A stretch of DNA of 64,000 bases. Origin: Gammaproteobacteria bacterium. Its GTDB lineage: Bacteria; Pseudomonadota; Gammaproteobacteria; Steroidobacterales; JACDCP01. The stretch is from positions 972 to 64,971 of the forward strand of contig JBOIDB010000072.1 in assembly GCA_050740235.1 (NCBI GenBank), given 5' to 3'. The notes beneath the pieces are model-generated. The model was not told where the DNA came from, did not search any database, and saw only the letters and a list, made by a program, of their open reading frames with translations. Positions 26,625-36,477 of the stretch are shown here, one piece after another. The position numbers and the translations under genes are program-made. The stretch's first letter is position 1; the number at the start of each line of letters is the position of its first letter.

Positions 26625-28064
26625 ATGACCACTTTGCACCTGCTCGTCGACCGGTCCGCCGGCATCTCCCTCCACCGCCAGATCTACGACGGGCTCCGGC
26701 GAGCCATCCTCGATGGCCTGCTCCGCCCCGGCCAGCGTGTTCCCTCGACCCGTACCCTGGCCTTGGAGCTCCAAGTGTCGCGCCTGCCGGTGCTCACGGC
26801 ATATGACCAATTGCTGCACGAGGGCTACCTCGACGGCCGGGTCGGGTCCGGCACCTTCGTCAGCGCCGCGCTCCCCGACGACCTCCTGCATTCCCCTGCG
26901 CTCCAGGCCCCCGCAGCTCGCCGGAGCGCGGCTCGCCGGGTGCCCCGATTGCCGCCCCGGGCCCGCGACGAAGGCAGGTTGGGCCCATTCCGGATGAGTC
27001 TTCCGGCGCTGGACGAGTTTCCCCATGCCGCGTGGGCCCGGTTGGTGGCGCGCCACGCGCACACGCTGACGCACGAGCAAATGGCCTACGGCGATCCGGC
27101 CGGGCTGGTTCCCCTGCGCGAGGCCATTGCAGAGCATTTACGCGCGGCGCGCGCCGTCCGGTGCGAGGCCGGGCAGATCCTCATCGTTTCCGGTTCCCAG
27201 GCGGCCCTCCGCCTGGCCATGGCGGTGCTGCTGGCACGCGGCGACCGCGTTGCGCTGGAGGAGCCTGGCTATCCCGGAGCGAGGTCGGCGCTGCTTGCAG
27301 CCGGAGCAGAGCTGGTGCCGATACCGGTGGACGAGGAAGGCATGAGCGTGACCTCGCTTCGAAAGCGCGGCGGACGGGTGCGCGCGGCGTATGTCACACC
27401 GTCACATCAGTATCCCCTGGGAACGTCGATGACCGCCGCCCGCCGCCTTGCGCTGCTGGACTGGGCCGTGCGCCGGGGGGCATGGGTGCTGGAGGACGAC
27501 TACGACAGCGAGTATCGCTACGTCAGCCGGCCGCTCGGCGCGCTCCAGGGGATGGACGCGCACGAGAGGGTGATCTATATCGGCACGTTCAGCAAAGTGC
27601 TTTTTCCCGCCGTGCGCGTCGGTTACATCGTCGTGCCGCCGTCGCTCTGGCAGCGTTTCGTGGACGCGCGGGAAGCGTTCGATCTCTTATCCCCCTCGCT
27701 GTACCAGCTGGCGCTCGCGCAGTTTCTGCGCGAGGGTCGCTTCGCCCGACATCTTCGCCGCATGCGCGGGCTGTACCTTGAACGGCGCGACGCGTTGCTC
27801 ACCGGTCTGGCTCGGCACTGCGGGGACCGGCTTACGGTTCACAACGCCGACGCCGGGCTCCACGTGGCGGCGCTGCTGTCAGAAGGGCTCGACGATAATG
27901 ACGTCGTCCGGCGCATGGCCGGGCGCGGCTTGACGGCGACGGCGCTCTCCACGTGTTATGCGGGACCGGCCCGTCGGAAGGGATTGCTGCTGGGCTTCGG
28001 CGGTTCGACCGAACGGCGCCTGCTCGAGGCCACTCGCGTCCTGGGCGAGGTATTGCGGAATTAG
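26625..28064 (+). CDS. MocR/PdxR-type regulator (GntR HTH fused to aminotransferase-like PLP domain)
   Basis: N-terminal GntR wHTH (LHRQIYDGLRRAILDGLLRPGQRVPSTRTLALELQVSR) followed by a ~350-aa fold-type-I aminotransferase-like domain (GTFSKVLFPAVRVGY). Confidence 0.9.
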   Translation: MTTLHLLVDRSAGISLHRQIYDGLRRAILDGLLRPGQRVPSTRTLALELQVSRLPVLTAYDQLLHEGYLDGRVGSGTFVSAALPDDLLHSPALQAPAARRSAARRVPRLPPRARDEGRLGPFRMSLPALDEFPHAAWARLVARHAHTLTHEQMAYGDPAGLVPLREAIAEHLRAARAVRCEAGQILIVSGSQAALRLAMAVLLARGDRVALEEPGYPGARSALLAAGAELVPIPVDEEGMSVTSLRKRGGRVRAAYVTPSHQYPLGTSMTAARRLALLDWAVRRGAWVLEDDYDSEYRYVSRPLGALQGMDAHERVIYIGTFSKVLFPAVRVGYIVVPPSLWQRFVDAREAFDLLSPSLYQLALAQFLREGRFARHLRRMRGLYLERRDALLTGLARHCGDRLTVHNADAGLHVAALLSEGLDDNDVVRRMAGRGLTATALSTCYAGPARRKGLLLGFGGSTERRLLEATRVLGEVLRN

Positions 28065-28097
28065 GTCACTTGCGTTGTCGAGCTGATCGACGCCCGT

Positions 28098-28808
28098 TCA
28101 ACGTCCGGGAATCGCAATCCCGGTGGCGACCGCGGGCCGCGCCATAAAGGCATCGAGCGTCCGCGCAATGTTCGCAAATTCGCTGATGCCGACCAGATCG
28201 CCAGCCTTGTAGTAACCGATCAGATTACGAACCATCGGGAATATGGAGATGTCCACGATGGTGTATTCATCGCCCATCATCCATGGGCGATCCTGAAGCC
28301 GCTGATCGAGCACGCCGAGCAGGCGCCGCGATTCCTCGACATAGTGGTCACGCGGCCGCTTGTCCTCGTATTCCCGGCCGCCGAACTTGTGGAAGAAACC
28401 GACCTGACCGAACATCGGACCTACGGCGCTCATCTGAAACATGAGCCATTGGATTGATTCATAGCGACGCGCTGCGTCCTCCGGAATGAACCGGCCGGTT
28501 TTTTCGGCGAGATACAGCAGGATCGCGCCGGATTCGAAGAGCGGCATGGGTTCGTCGTTCGGGCCGTGCGGATCGATGATGGACGGGATCTTGCCGTTGG
28601 GATTGAGCGACAGGTACTCCGGGCTGAGTTGATCTTTGGCTTCGAACCGAACGAGATGCGGCTCGTAGGCGAGACCCGTCTCCTCGAGCATGATCGAAGC
28701 CTTGACGCCGTTCGGCGTCGGCACCGAATAAAGCTGAATCCGGTCGGGATATCTTGCCGGCCATTTGCGGGCGACCGGAAAGGCGGACAGATCGGTCATG
28801 ATCGTCAT
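28098..28808 (-). CDS. Nu-class glutathione S-transferase (YfcG/YghU-like)
   Basis: IQLYSVPTPNGVKASIMLEETGLAYEPHLVRF....QLSPEYLSLNPNGKIPSIID is the typical N-terminal thioredoxin-like GST domain of this class. Confidence 0.85.
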   Translation of the reverse strand: MTIMTDLSAFPVARKWPARYPDRIQLYSVPTPNGVKASIMLEETGLAYEPHLVRFEAKDQLSPEYLSLNPNGKIPSIIDPHGPNDEPMPLFESGAILLYLAEKTGRFIPEDAARRYESIQWLMFQMSAVGPMFGQVGFFHKFGGREYEDKRPRDHYVEESRRLLGVLDQRLQDRPWMMGDEYTIVDISIFPMVRNLIGYYKAGDLVGISEFANIARTLDAFMARPAVATGIAIPGR

Positions 28809-30289
28809 CGTTGTCTGACCACCGTCACTTTTCGCGTGTATATTACCGGCTGTCTGCCGGACCGTCCGGGGTCGGTCCGCAGCGAATGCGTCGCGCCGGT
28901 CCGCTGCGAATCCGTGCGCGCGTGGACCGGTCGGAGACTATTCTCCCAGACGTAATTCCCGATGCGTTCGCCGAGCCGGGTGCCCTCCGTCGAGTCGTAA
29001 CGGAAATGGATGCCGAGATAGACGCGTGACAGGGCACATTCGCGCGCCGCTGCCGAGAAACTCTCGAAAGAGCGGGTCGGCGGATCCATCTTCATCTTCG
29101 GCGACATGGGACCGGCGCTGTCTACAACTTCCGTAGTCATGGTGAACGGATAGCCGTCTCCGAACGTCTTTGTAAAGATCGTCAATGCAGCGGCACAGAC
29201 GGTGCCGTGCGCGGAAGGATAGGACGGAAAGGCGTACGTGTGTCCATGCGTGTTGTTCCAGTCGGGATCGGCGACGGTATCGGGATTGCCGTCGTGCTCA
29301 GCCCAGCGAATCGCCGTGTACGGTCGCCAATGGTTGTAGAAGTACTTGTTCTCGAACACGCTCACGTAGCCGTCGTAGATGGCGGCATTGATCAGAGCGA
29401 ACAGGCGCGAAGCCGTCCAGAGGTCCATCGTCTCGGCATTCGTCAGCTCCCGGGCCAGCTTATTCATCGAGTTCTCGGCAAAGTCCTTCCACCATAAAGC
29501 CAGGTGTGTCTGGTCGGCGCTTCGCGTGCGGCTCTCGATCCGTCCTGTTGTCTTGACTTCGTTGTAGGCATCGAGGTACTCGCGACTGTCGATCTCCGGC
29601 GGCGGCGGGGCGCGGAACTGATCCGCCGAAGTCAGCACGAACGGTCTGGCCTTCGCCCAGCCGGCGCCGAAGACGAAGCCCTGCGGTGTGCCGCTGTGTT
29701 CCCGGAATTCGGCATAGACTCCCGGACCCATCGGATGAAACTCGTAGGCCACCTCGGTGTTCCAGCCGTCGTTATTGCGCCTCTCGAGGATCGCCGCCGC
29801 GCAGGCCTTGCCGAGGGCGATGCCCGCGGCACGTCCTGCGCCGTCGGAGATCGTCAGCAGCTGCTTTTCGCGCATTCGGTCCAGTTCCGGCCGTCGATCC
29901 GGATATTGGCTGACGACGACCTCGAACGCGGCCTGAACGGCCGCAATCACGGGATCGGCATCCGCGGCCGCGGTATCGCAGGCATACGAGGCATAGACAG
30001 GACGAACGGCATTGAGCGCATCGTGCATCGCCAGATGGGCCATGACCGCTGTGCGCACCCCCTTGAGCGTGAGCAACCCGTCCTCCGCCTTCGCCAGCTT
30101 GATGATCTCGCGGTTCCATTCAATCGCGGGATCGGCATCCACCTGATCGGAGCCTGCTTCGGCATCGCCGCTCGCCTGCAGCGTGTGCCCGGACTCGCGC
30201 GGCTCTGCGTTTTCGGCGCTCGAGCAGCCGACGAGGCCCAGCACCAGGCAGGCAACGATCCCCCGGCTATTGCGGCACATCGCTTGCAT
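28805..30289 (-). CDS. PAP2-superfamily / vanadium-haloperoxidase-like lipoprotein
   Basis: ATG 30289 preceded by GGAGCGGAGAA. Lipobox LVLGLVGCSS. Acid-phosphatase motifs YPSAHGT and SRVYLGIHFRYD. The stop overlaps the GST start. Confidence 0.8.
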   Translation of the reverse strand: MQAMCRNSRGIVACLVLGLVGCSSAENAEPRESGHTLQASGDAEAGSDQVDADPAIEWNREIIKLAKAEDGLLTLKGVRTAVMAHLAMHDALNAVRPVYASYACDTAAADADPVIAAVQAAFEVVVSQYPDRRPELDRMREKQLLTISDGAGRAAGIALGKACAAAILERRNNDGWNTEVAYEFHPMGPGVYAEFREHSGTPQGFVFGAGWAKARPFVLTSADQFRAPPPPEIDSREYLDAYNEVKTTGRIESRTRSADQTHLALWWKDFAENSMNKLARELTNAETMDLWTASRLFALINAAIYDGYVSVFENKYFYNHWRPYTAIRWAEHDGNPDTVADPDWNNTHGHTYAFPSYPSAHGTVCAAALTIFTKTFGDGYPFTMTTEVVDSAGPMSPKMKMDPPTRSFESFSAAARECALSRVYLGIHFRYDSTEGTRLGERIGNYVWENSLRPVHARTDSQRTGATHSLRTDPGRSGRQPVIYTRKVTVVRQR

Positions 30290-30405
30290 CGAGGTTCTCC
30301 GCTCCTGTGTCTTGGAATGCCCGACTATCCTGAGCACGGCCGGCGCGAAAAACTACTACTGATTCTGTAGTTGCAAGTCGGGGCCTCCGGTTCGAAAATC
30401 GGGGC

Positions 30406-31173
30406 ATGTCCAGCACTTACGGACAATATTGCCCACTGGCGCTGGCCGCCGAGGTGCTGTGTGAGCGGTGGACGCTCCTGGTGATCAGCCGGATCGTGGA
30501 CGGCAACCGGCGATTCAACGAAATACACCGCGGTCTGCCGCGGATGTCAGCGACGCTGCTGTCGCAACGGCTGAGTCAGCTCGAACGCAGCGGGATCGTC
30601 CGGCGCCGGCCGTTGGCGAACGGTTCGGGTCATGAATACGTGCCCACGCCGGCCGGCGAGGCGTTGGAAACCATCATCACGGATATCGCCGTGTGGGGTC
30701 AGCAGTGGGCCCGCGACATGACGAACGATGATCTCGATCCGGGCTTTCTTCTCTGGAGCATGCACTTGCGTCTGAACACCGCCGCCATGCCGTCCGGGCG
30801 CACCGTCATCGAGTTCGAGTTCACCGGCGCGCCGAAGGATTGCCGTCGATTCTGGCTGGTCAACACGGACGGAGTGGTCGATATGTGCCTGAAGCGCCCG
30901 GGTTTCGAGATCGACGTCTGCGTGAGATCGGATCTGCGCCGATTCATCGAGGCATGGCGGGGCTTCCGCGATCTGCGCACGGAAATTCGCGCCGACAGGA
31001 TCCTCGTGCAGGGTCCACCACGTCTCGTCCGGCGCTTTCCCGACTGGCTGGATCTGAGCATGTTCGCTCCGTACTCCAGACTGCGTGCCGGTCGCGAAAA
31101 TCGACTGTCGCTGGCAACGCGGCGGCGTGAAGGTTCGACCGTGCGGCTTGCGACTCACGCGCAGGATCGGTAA
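30406..31173 (+). CDS. HxlR-family winged-helix regulator with C-terminal SCP2-like extension
   Basis: CPLALAAEVLCERWTLLVISRIVDGNRRFNEIHRGLPRMSATLLSQRLSQLERSGIV is the HxlR signature. The last ~30 aa look like read-through low-complexity tail. Confidence 0.85.
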   Translation: MSSTYGQYCPLALAAEVLCERWTLLVISRIVDGNRRFNEIHRGLPRMSATLLSQRLSQLERSGIVRRRPLANGSGHEYVPTPAGEALETIITDIAVWGQQWARDMTNDDLDPGFLLWSMHLRLNTAAMPSGRTVIEFEFTGAPKDCRRFWLVNTDGVVDMCLKRPGFEIDVCVRSDLRRFIEAWRGFRDLRTEIRADRILVQGPPRLVRRFPDWLDLSMFAPYSRLRAGRENRLSLATRRREGSTVRLATHAQDR

Positions 31174-31523
31174 GCGGGGACACCCTTGCCCTGATCGTCG
31201 CGACGTCGAGCCCCGAAGTGTCGACTTCGATCCCGACGACCTGTCGCCGGCGCCGCAGCCTGGAATGATCTCCTTCCGCGGGCACATTGCCCGAGTTCTC
31301 GAATTCACGCATCGGGCTGACCGAAACATTGTGGCTTGCCTGAGCGGCCGCTGCGAGGAGCAGCGTCGCGGCGCACGGAAGCACGACGTATCTCATTGCT
31401 GTTCTCCCGGCATTTGAGGCGATGCCGTCACCGGCGGCGAACCATTCGCCGCGGGTCAGTAATATACGGAGCACGAGATCGTGCCCCAGTCCGATTTTTG
31501 TAGTAGCGAGGTTTTACAACGCC

Positions 31524-32861
31524 TCAGCGGGGGCCCGGTGTCCTGTACGCAGGCGGGAGCGGATTGTCGCGGTCGAGGTAACGATCGCGCAGCAGCGTGG
31601 AGCGGCTGACCATCGGCATTTCCTCGCCGCGAATGAAGACCTTCTCCGCGAACGTCGTCACCTCCAGCGGATCGCCGTCCCAGATCACGACGTCGGCGTC
31701 CATGCCCGGTTCCAGCGTGCCGTAGCTGTCCTCGACGCCGTAGATCCGTGCGGGATTGACCGTCATCGCAGCCAATGCCGCCTCGTACGGCATGCCATAA
31801 GCGACCGCATTGCCGGCAGCCTGCTTCAGATTGCGCGCATTGTGCGAGTCGCTTGACGAGAAAGCCACGGTGACACCGGCGCGATGCAGGCGTGCGGCAT
31901 TCTCGAGCGTCGCGGCGATCGTTTCGAACCGCGTGGGCAGATTCGCGTACGGATCGAGGATGACCGGCACCTCGGCCTCCGCGAGGTCATCGGCAACGAG
32001 CCAGCCTTCGGCGCCGCCGAGCACGACGACGTCGATCGCGAAGTTGTCCTTGAGCTCGATGACGCGTTTGATGTCGCTCGCTCGGTTGACTGCGAGCACC
32101 AGCGGACTCTCCCGGTTGAGCACGTCCTGCAGTGCCTCGAGGTCCAGCCGCCCGATGGCATAGTCGCGCCGCTCGTTCGATTCGTAGCTGGCGCGATTCC
32201 CCGCGAAGTCTCGCGCGTCCTCGAGCGCCTCGCGCAGCCGCAGGATCGCCGCGGCGCGCGAGCCGCCCGCGAGCAGTTGTCCTGCCTCGCCCAGCACCGC
32301 GAACGTCGCGGCGCCGCGCCTGACCAGGTAATCGTCGCCGCCGCCGAGATGAATGACGGCGCCGCGCCCGGCGATGACCTTGCCCTGCGCGAAGCTGCCG
32401 GGCGGCGGCGCGATCGACACGGGCGCCGTCGCGGCCCGCGTGACGCCTTCGATACGATTGACGGGAATCAGGCTCGAGCGCGGATTGATCGCATCCGCCA
32501 CGTCGAACGCGGCGGCGAAATCGTTGCCGATCTGCGCCGAGTCGTTGGTTTCCTGCACCAGGCTGATCTCGACGATGCCGATGTAGCTGTGAGCGTCGAA
32601 AATGCCCGGTGTGACGGTCTTACCGGCCGCATCGATGCGCCGCGTATCCTCGGACACGCTTACGTCGCTGCCGGCGGCGACGATCCTGCCGTCCTCGATG
32701 ATGACAGTGCCGTTCTCGACCGTTCCGGCATCGCCCATCGTGTAAACCTTGCCGCCGACGATCGCTATCGCCTCGGCCCGGGCGACTGCACATGCGGAAT
32801 TGAGCACGATCAGCACCGCGAGCGATGCGACGCCGTTGCGAACACGAAGACGCGCGCTCAT
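31524..32861 (-). CDS. Secreted amidohydrolase-family protein
   Basis: ATG 32861 overlaps the upstream stop (ATGA). Signal peptide MSARLRVRNGVASLAVLIVLNSACAVARA. Metal-binding region ...TPGIFDAHSYIG. The track ORF to 33431 is an over-extension. Confidence 0.8.
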   Translation of the reverse strand: MSARLRVRNGVASLAVLIVLNSACAVARAEAIAIVGGKVYTMGDAGTVENGTVIIEDGRIVAAGSDVSVSEDTRRIDAAGKTVTPGIFDAHSYIGIVEISLVQETNDSAQIGNDFAAAFDVADAINPRSSLIPVNRIEGVTRAATAPVSIAPPPGSFAQGKVIAGRGAVIHLGGGDDYLVRRGAATFAVLGEAGQLLAGGSRAAAILRLREALEDARDFAGNRASYESNERRDYAIGRLDLEALQDVLNRESPLVLAVNRASDIKRVIELKDNFAIDVVVLGGAEGWLVADDLAEAEVPVILDPYANLPTRFETIAATLENAARLHRAGVTVAFSSSDSHNARNLKQAAGNAVAYGMPYEAALAAMTVNPARIYGVEDSYGTLEPGMDADVVIWDGDPLEVTTFAEKVFIRGEEMPMVSRSTLLRDRYLDRDNPLPPAYRTPGPR

Positions 32862-34306
32862 CGGCCTTCTCCGTTCAGGCTGACCAGCCCGAGCTCGAAA
32901 TCCGAGACCGGTTGCATCGCCGGATCGTTGCGATCGTAGACCAGCGCACCGTCGATGTAGACCTGCTCGGCTTTCGTATACACGCTGAACGGATCTCCGT
33001 CCCAGATCACCACGTCGCCCATCTTGCCCGCCTCGAGCGAACCGGTCCGCTCGTCGATGCCGAGGGACTTCGCCGGGTTGAGCGACAGCCAGCGCATGGC
33101 ATCCGCGCGATCGACCTCGATGCCGGCACGCTGCGCAGCGGCGATCACTTTGGCCGCCTCCTGGTTGAGCCGCTGGATGCCGACGTCCGAGTCCGAATGG
33201 ACGATCGCGCAGCCTCCGGCCGCGTCGACCATGGCGATGTTCTCGCGCACGGCGTCGAAGGCTTCCAGCTTGAAGCCCCACCAGTCGGCCCACATGGACG
33301 CGCAGGTGCCGCTCTCGGCGAGCAGGTCGGCGATCTTGTACGCCTCGACGGCGTGATGGAACGACGCGATGTGATAGCCGAACTCTTTTGCGACGTCGAG
33401 CATCACGGCCATCTCGTCGGCGCGATAGCAATGATTGTGCACGCGTATCTCGCCGCGCAGCACGCCGGCCAGCGTCTCGAGCTGCAGATCGGTTTCGGGC
33501 GCTTCCTCCGTCGTACCGCTCTCGTAGGCATCCTGCTTCTTCATGTAGTCCTGCGCCTTGGCCCAGGCCTGACGGTAACCCGCGACGTTACCCATGCGCG
33601 AGCTCGGCGCCACCAAGCGATCGACGCCGTAAACGCGCTTCGGATTCTCGCCGCAGGCCATCTTGAGGCCCTGGGGCGCCGCGGGGAATTTCATTTCCTG
33701 CACCGTCCGCGCGGGCACGTTCTTGAGGACCACCGATCGCCCGCCGAACAGGTTGGCCGAGCCCGGCAGAATTTGCAGCGTGGTCACGCCGCCTGCGAGC
33801 GCCGCCGCGAAGCCCGGATCTTGCGGCCAGACGGCGTGCTCGGCCCAGACCTGCGCCGTGTTCGGATCGGAGATTTCGTTGCCGTCGGAAACGGCCTGAA
33901 CGGCCGGCGACGGATAGACGCCGAGGTGCGAGTGATTGTCGATGATGCCCGGCGTCACCCACTTGCCCTCGGCGTCGATGCGCGCCAGGTCCGCGGGCGC
34001 TTCGAGGCCGGCGCCGACCGCCTCGATCTTGCCGTCGCGCATGATCAACATGCCGTCATCGATGCGCTCTCCGGTTCCCGTGAGGATCGTCGCATGCTCG
34101 ATCACGGTCGCCTCGCGCGGCAGCGGGGCGTATGTGGACACGAACTTCGGGGCGTCGGCCTCGTCGCGCGCCGGGTCTTCGGCGCCTTCCCCGCAACCGA
34201 TCAGGCCGAAGGCAGCGAGCGTGAGGGCGATGGATATCGATTGCCGGGTTTTCGACACGGTGACCTCCGGGCATCGAACTGGAAAGTCCGCGCATCCTAT
34301 CAGCAA
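32858..34306 (-). CDS. Amidohydrolase-family lipoprotein
   Basis: Lipobox LAAFGLIGCG. Motifs PGIIDNHSHLG, HNHCYRADE, IVHSDSD. The start could be a few codons downstream of 34306. Confidence 0.8.
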   Translation of the reverse strand: MLIGCADFPVRCPEVTVSKTRQSISIALTLAAFGLIGCGEGAEDPARDEADAPKFVSTYAPLPREATVIEHATILTGTGERIDDGMLIMRDGKIEAVGAGLEAPADLARIDAEGKWVTPGIIDNHSHLGVYPSPAVQAVSDGNEISDPNTAQVWAEHAVWPQDPGFAAALAGGVTTLQILPGSANLFGGRSVVLKNVPARTVQEMKFPAAPQGLKMACGENPKRVYGVDRLVAPSSRMGNVAGYRQAWAKAQDYMKKQDAYESGTTEEAPETDLQLETLAGVLRGEIRVHNHCYRADEMAVMLDVAKEFGYHIASFHHAVEAYKIADLLAESGTCASMWADWWGFKLEAFDAVRENIAMVDAAGGCAIVHSDSDVGIQRLNQEAAKVIAAAQRAGIEVDRADAMRWLSLNPAKSLGIDERTGSLEAGKMGDVVIWDGDPFSVYTKAEQVYIDGALVYDRNDPAMQPVSDFELGLVSLNGEGR

Positions 34307-34385
34307 CGGTCGCGCTTCGCTTCCCGTGGCGACAACGCTAGCTTCGCTCGCGCACCGGCAAATCCCATCGCAAGGGCGGGGATCA

Positions 34386-34419
34386 TGAAAAAGCCATGGA
34401 TGGCTTTTTCGACATCCTG
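34386..34419. repeat. 34-nt hairpin element (copy 1)
   Basis: TGAAAAAGCCATGGATGGCTTTTTCGACATCCTG matches the reverse complement of 55583-55616 at 33/34 positions. It lies 14 nt upstream of the kef-type gene ATG, inside a divergent intergenic region. Confidence 0.85.
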
Positions 34420-34432
34420 ATAATCTTTCGCG

Positions 34433-36448
34433 ATGCCTTACGGTGTCCTCGCGCAGATTCTCGTCCTGCTGGCGGCCTCGGTGCTGGTCGTCACGCTCTT
34501 CCGGCGCATGCTCCTGCCGCCGATCCTCGGTTATCTGCTGGTCGGCGTGCTGCTCGGCCCGTATGCGGCCGGCTGGATTCCGAATACCGAGGATGTCCGG
34601 TTCCTCGCCGAGATCGGCGTCGTGTTCCTGCTGTTCACGCTCGGGCTCGAGTTCTCGCTGCCGCGCATGATCGCCATGCGCTGGGAGGTTCTCGGGCTGG
34701 GCACCGCGCAGGTCGTCGTGACCACGCTGTTCGCTTCGCTCATCGCCTGGTGGCTCGGCGCGCAGCCGGCCAGCGCCGTCGTCGTCGGCGGCGCCGTCGC
34801 GATGTCATCCACGGCTATCGTCATCAAGCAGCTCGGCGAACAGCTCGAGCTCAGCGGCGTCCACGGCCGGCATGCCGTGGGCATCCTGCTGTTCCAGGAT
34901 ATCGCCGTCGTGCTCTTCCTGGCCCTGATCCCGGTGCTTGCCGCGCGCATCGCTCCCGACGTCGAGACCGGCCCGTCGATCTGGCGGGCGCTGGCGCAGG
35001 CGGCGATCGCGCTGGTCATCGTGCTGGCGGCCGGTCACTGGCTGCTGCGGCCGCTGTTCCACGAGATCGCGCACCGGCGCACGGCCGAGCTGTTCACGCT
35101 CACAGTGCTGCTGGTCGCCCTCGCAGCCGCCTGGGCCACGCACGCCGCGGGCCTGTCGCTCGCGCTGGGCGCTTTCCTGGCGGGCATGATGCTCGGCGAG
35201 ACCGAATACCGGCATCAGATCGAGGCCGATATCCGGCCGTTCCGCGACATCCTCCTGGGCCTGTTCTTCATCACGATGGGCATGATGCTCGACCTCGAGC
35301 TGCTCGCCGACCGCGCCGGCGTCATTACGCTGCTCGTCGTCACGCTGATCTTCCTCAAGGCCGGTGTGGTGATGCTGGTGTCGCGTCGCATGTCCGATAC
35401 CTGGAATCAGGCGGCGCGCACTGGCCTGGTCCTCGCGCAGGGCAGCGAGTTCGGCTTCGCGCTGCTCACGCTCGGCCTGCAGGACCGTCTCATCGCGCCC
35501 GCCGTCGCCCAGCCGCTGCTGGCCGCGATCGTAGTCAGCATGGCCTTCAGCCCGCTGATCATCCGCTACAACGGCCGCATTGCGCGCCTGTTCTTCGGCA
35601 AGCCGGATATCGACGTCGCCGACCTGCTGCGCGAAGAGGCCGCGACCGATGCGGTCGCGCACCGGGAGCACGTGATCATCTGCGGTTATGGCCGCGTCGG
35701 CCAGAACCTGGCGCGCATCCTCGAGCAGGAAGGCTTTGAGTTCATCGGCCTCGACCTCGACCCGTTCCGCGTACGCGCCGCGCGCCAGGGTGGCGATCCG
35801 GTCGTTTACGGCGACGCCTCGCAAGGGGGGATGCTCGAGACCGTCGGCCTCGAGCATGCCAGCGTTGTCGTCATCAGCTTTGCCGATCACGGCGCGGCGC
35901 TCCGAATCCTGTCCAAAGTCAGACAGCGGCGTCCCGACGTGCCCGTGCTCGTGAGGACGCAGGACGACACCAATCTCGACCGGCTGAAGGCCGCCGGCGC
36001 GACGGAAGTCATCCCGGAAACGCTCGAAGCGAGCCTCAGCCTGGTCTCACACGTGCTCTTGCTGTTGCACGTTCCGGTATCGCACGTCGTGCGCCGGATC
36101 GGCGACATCCGCAATCACCGCTACCGCATGTTCCGCAATATCTTTCGCAAACAGAACGCGCGCGTGCTCGACATCTCGCACGCGTTCCGCGAGCAGCTCC
36201 ACGCGATCACGCTGCCGCCCGGCGCCCGCGCCGTCGGCCATACGCTGGCCGAGCTCGAGCTGGAGGGCGCCGAGATCGCGGTCACGGCGATCCGCCGGGA
36301 TGGCATCGTTGGCCGGCAACCGCTGCCGGAAACGGTCCTGAAGGAAGACGACGTGCTGGTCCTGTACGGGACGCCCGAGGCGCTCGAGCACGGCGAGGCG
36401 ATCCTGCTGACGGGACGGTGGCGCGGGCAGCCGGTCGAAGGACATTAG
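34433..36448 (+). CDS. CPA2-family monovalent cation:proton antiporter / K+ efflux protein with TrkA-N and TrkA-C domains
   Basis: About 12 TM helices (Kef/YbaL-like), then the Rossmann motif VIICGYGRVGQNLA and a C-terminal TrkA-C-like region. Confidence 0.9.
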   Translation: MPYGVLAQILVLLAASVLVVTLFRRMLLPPILGYLLVGVLLGPYAAGWIPNTEDVRFLAEIGVVFLLFTLGLEFSLPRMIAMRWEVLGLGTAQVVVTTLFASLIAWWLGAQPASAVVVGGAVAMSSTAIVIKQLGEQLELSGVHGRHAVGILLFQDIAVVLFLALIPVLAARIAPDVETGPSIWRALAQAAIALVIVLAAGHWLLRPLFHEIAHRRTAELFTLTVLLVALAAAWATHAAGLSLALGAFLAGMMLGETEYRHQIEADIRPFRDILLGLFFITMGMMLDLELLADRAGVITLLVVTLIFLKAGVVMLVSRRMSDTWNQAARTGLVLAQGSEFGFALLTLGLQDRLIAPAVAQPLLAAIVVSMAFSPLIIRYNGRIARLFFGKPDIDVADLLREEAATDAVAHREHVIICGYGRVGQNLARILEQEGFEFIGLDLDPFRVRAARQGGDPVVYGDASQGGMLETVGLEHASVVVISFADHGAALRILSKVRQRRPDVPVLVRTQDDTNLDRLKAAGATEVIPETLEASLSLVSHVLLLLHVPVSHVVRRIGDIRNHRYRMFRNIFRKQNARVLDISHAFREQLHAITLPPGARAVGHTLAELELEGAEIAVTAIRRDGIVGRQPLPETVLKEDDVLVLYGTPEALEHGEAILLTGRWRGQPVEGH

Positions 36449-36477
36449 TTACCGCCCGGGCGGGCTCTCAAGCCAGG

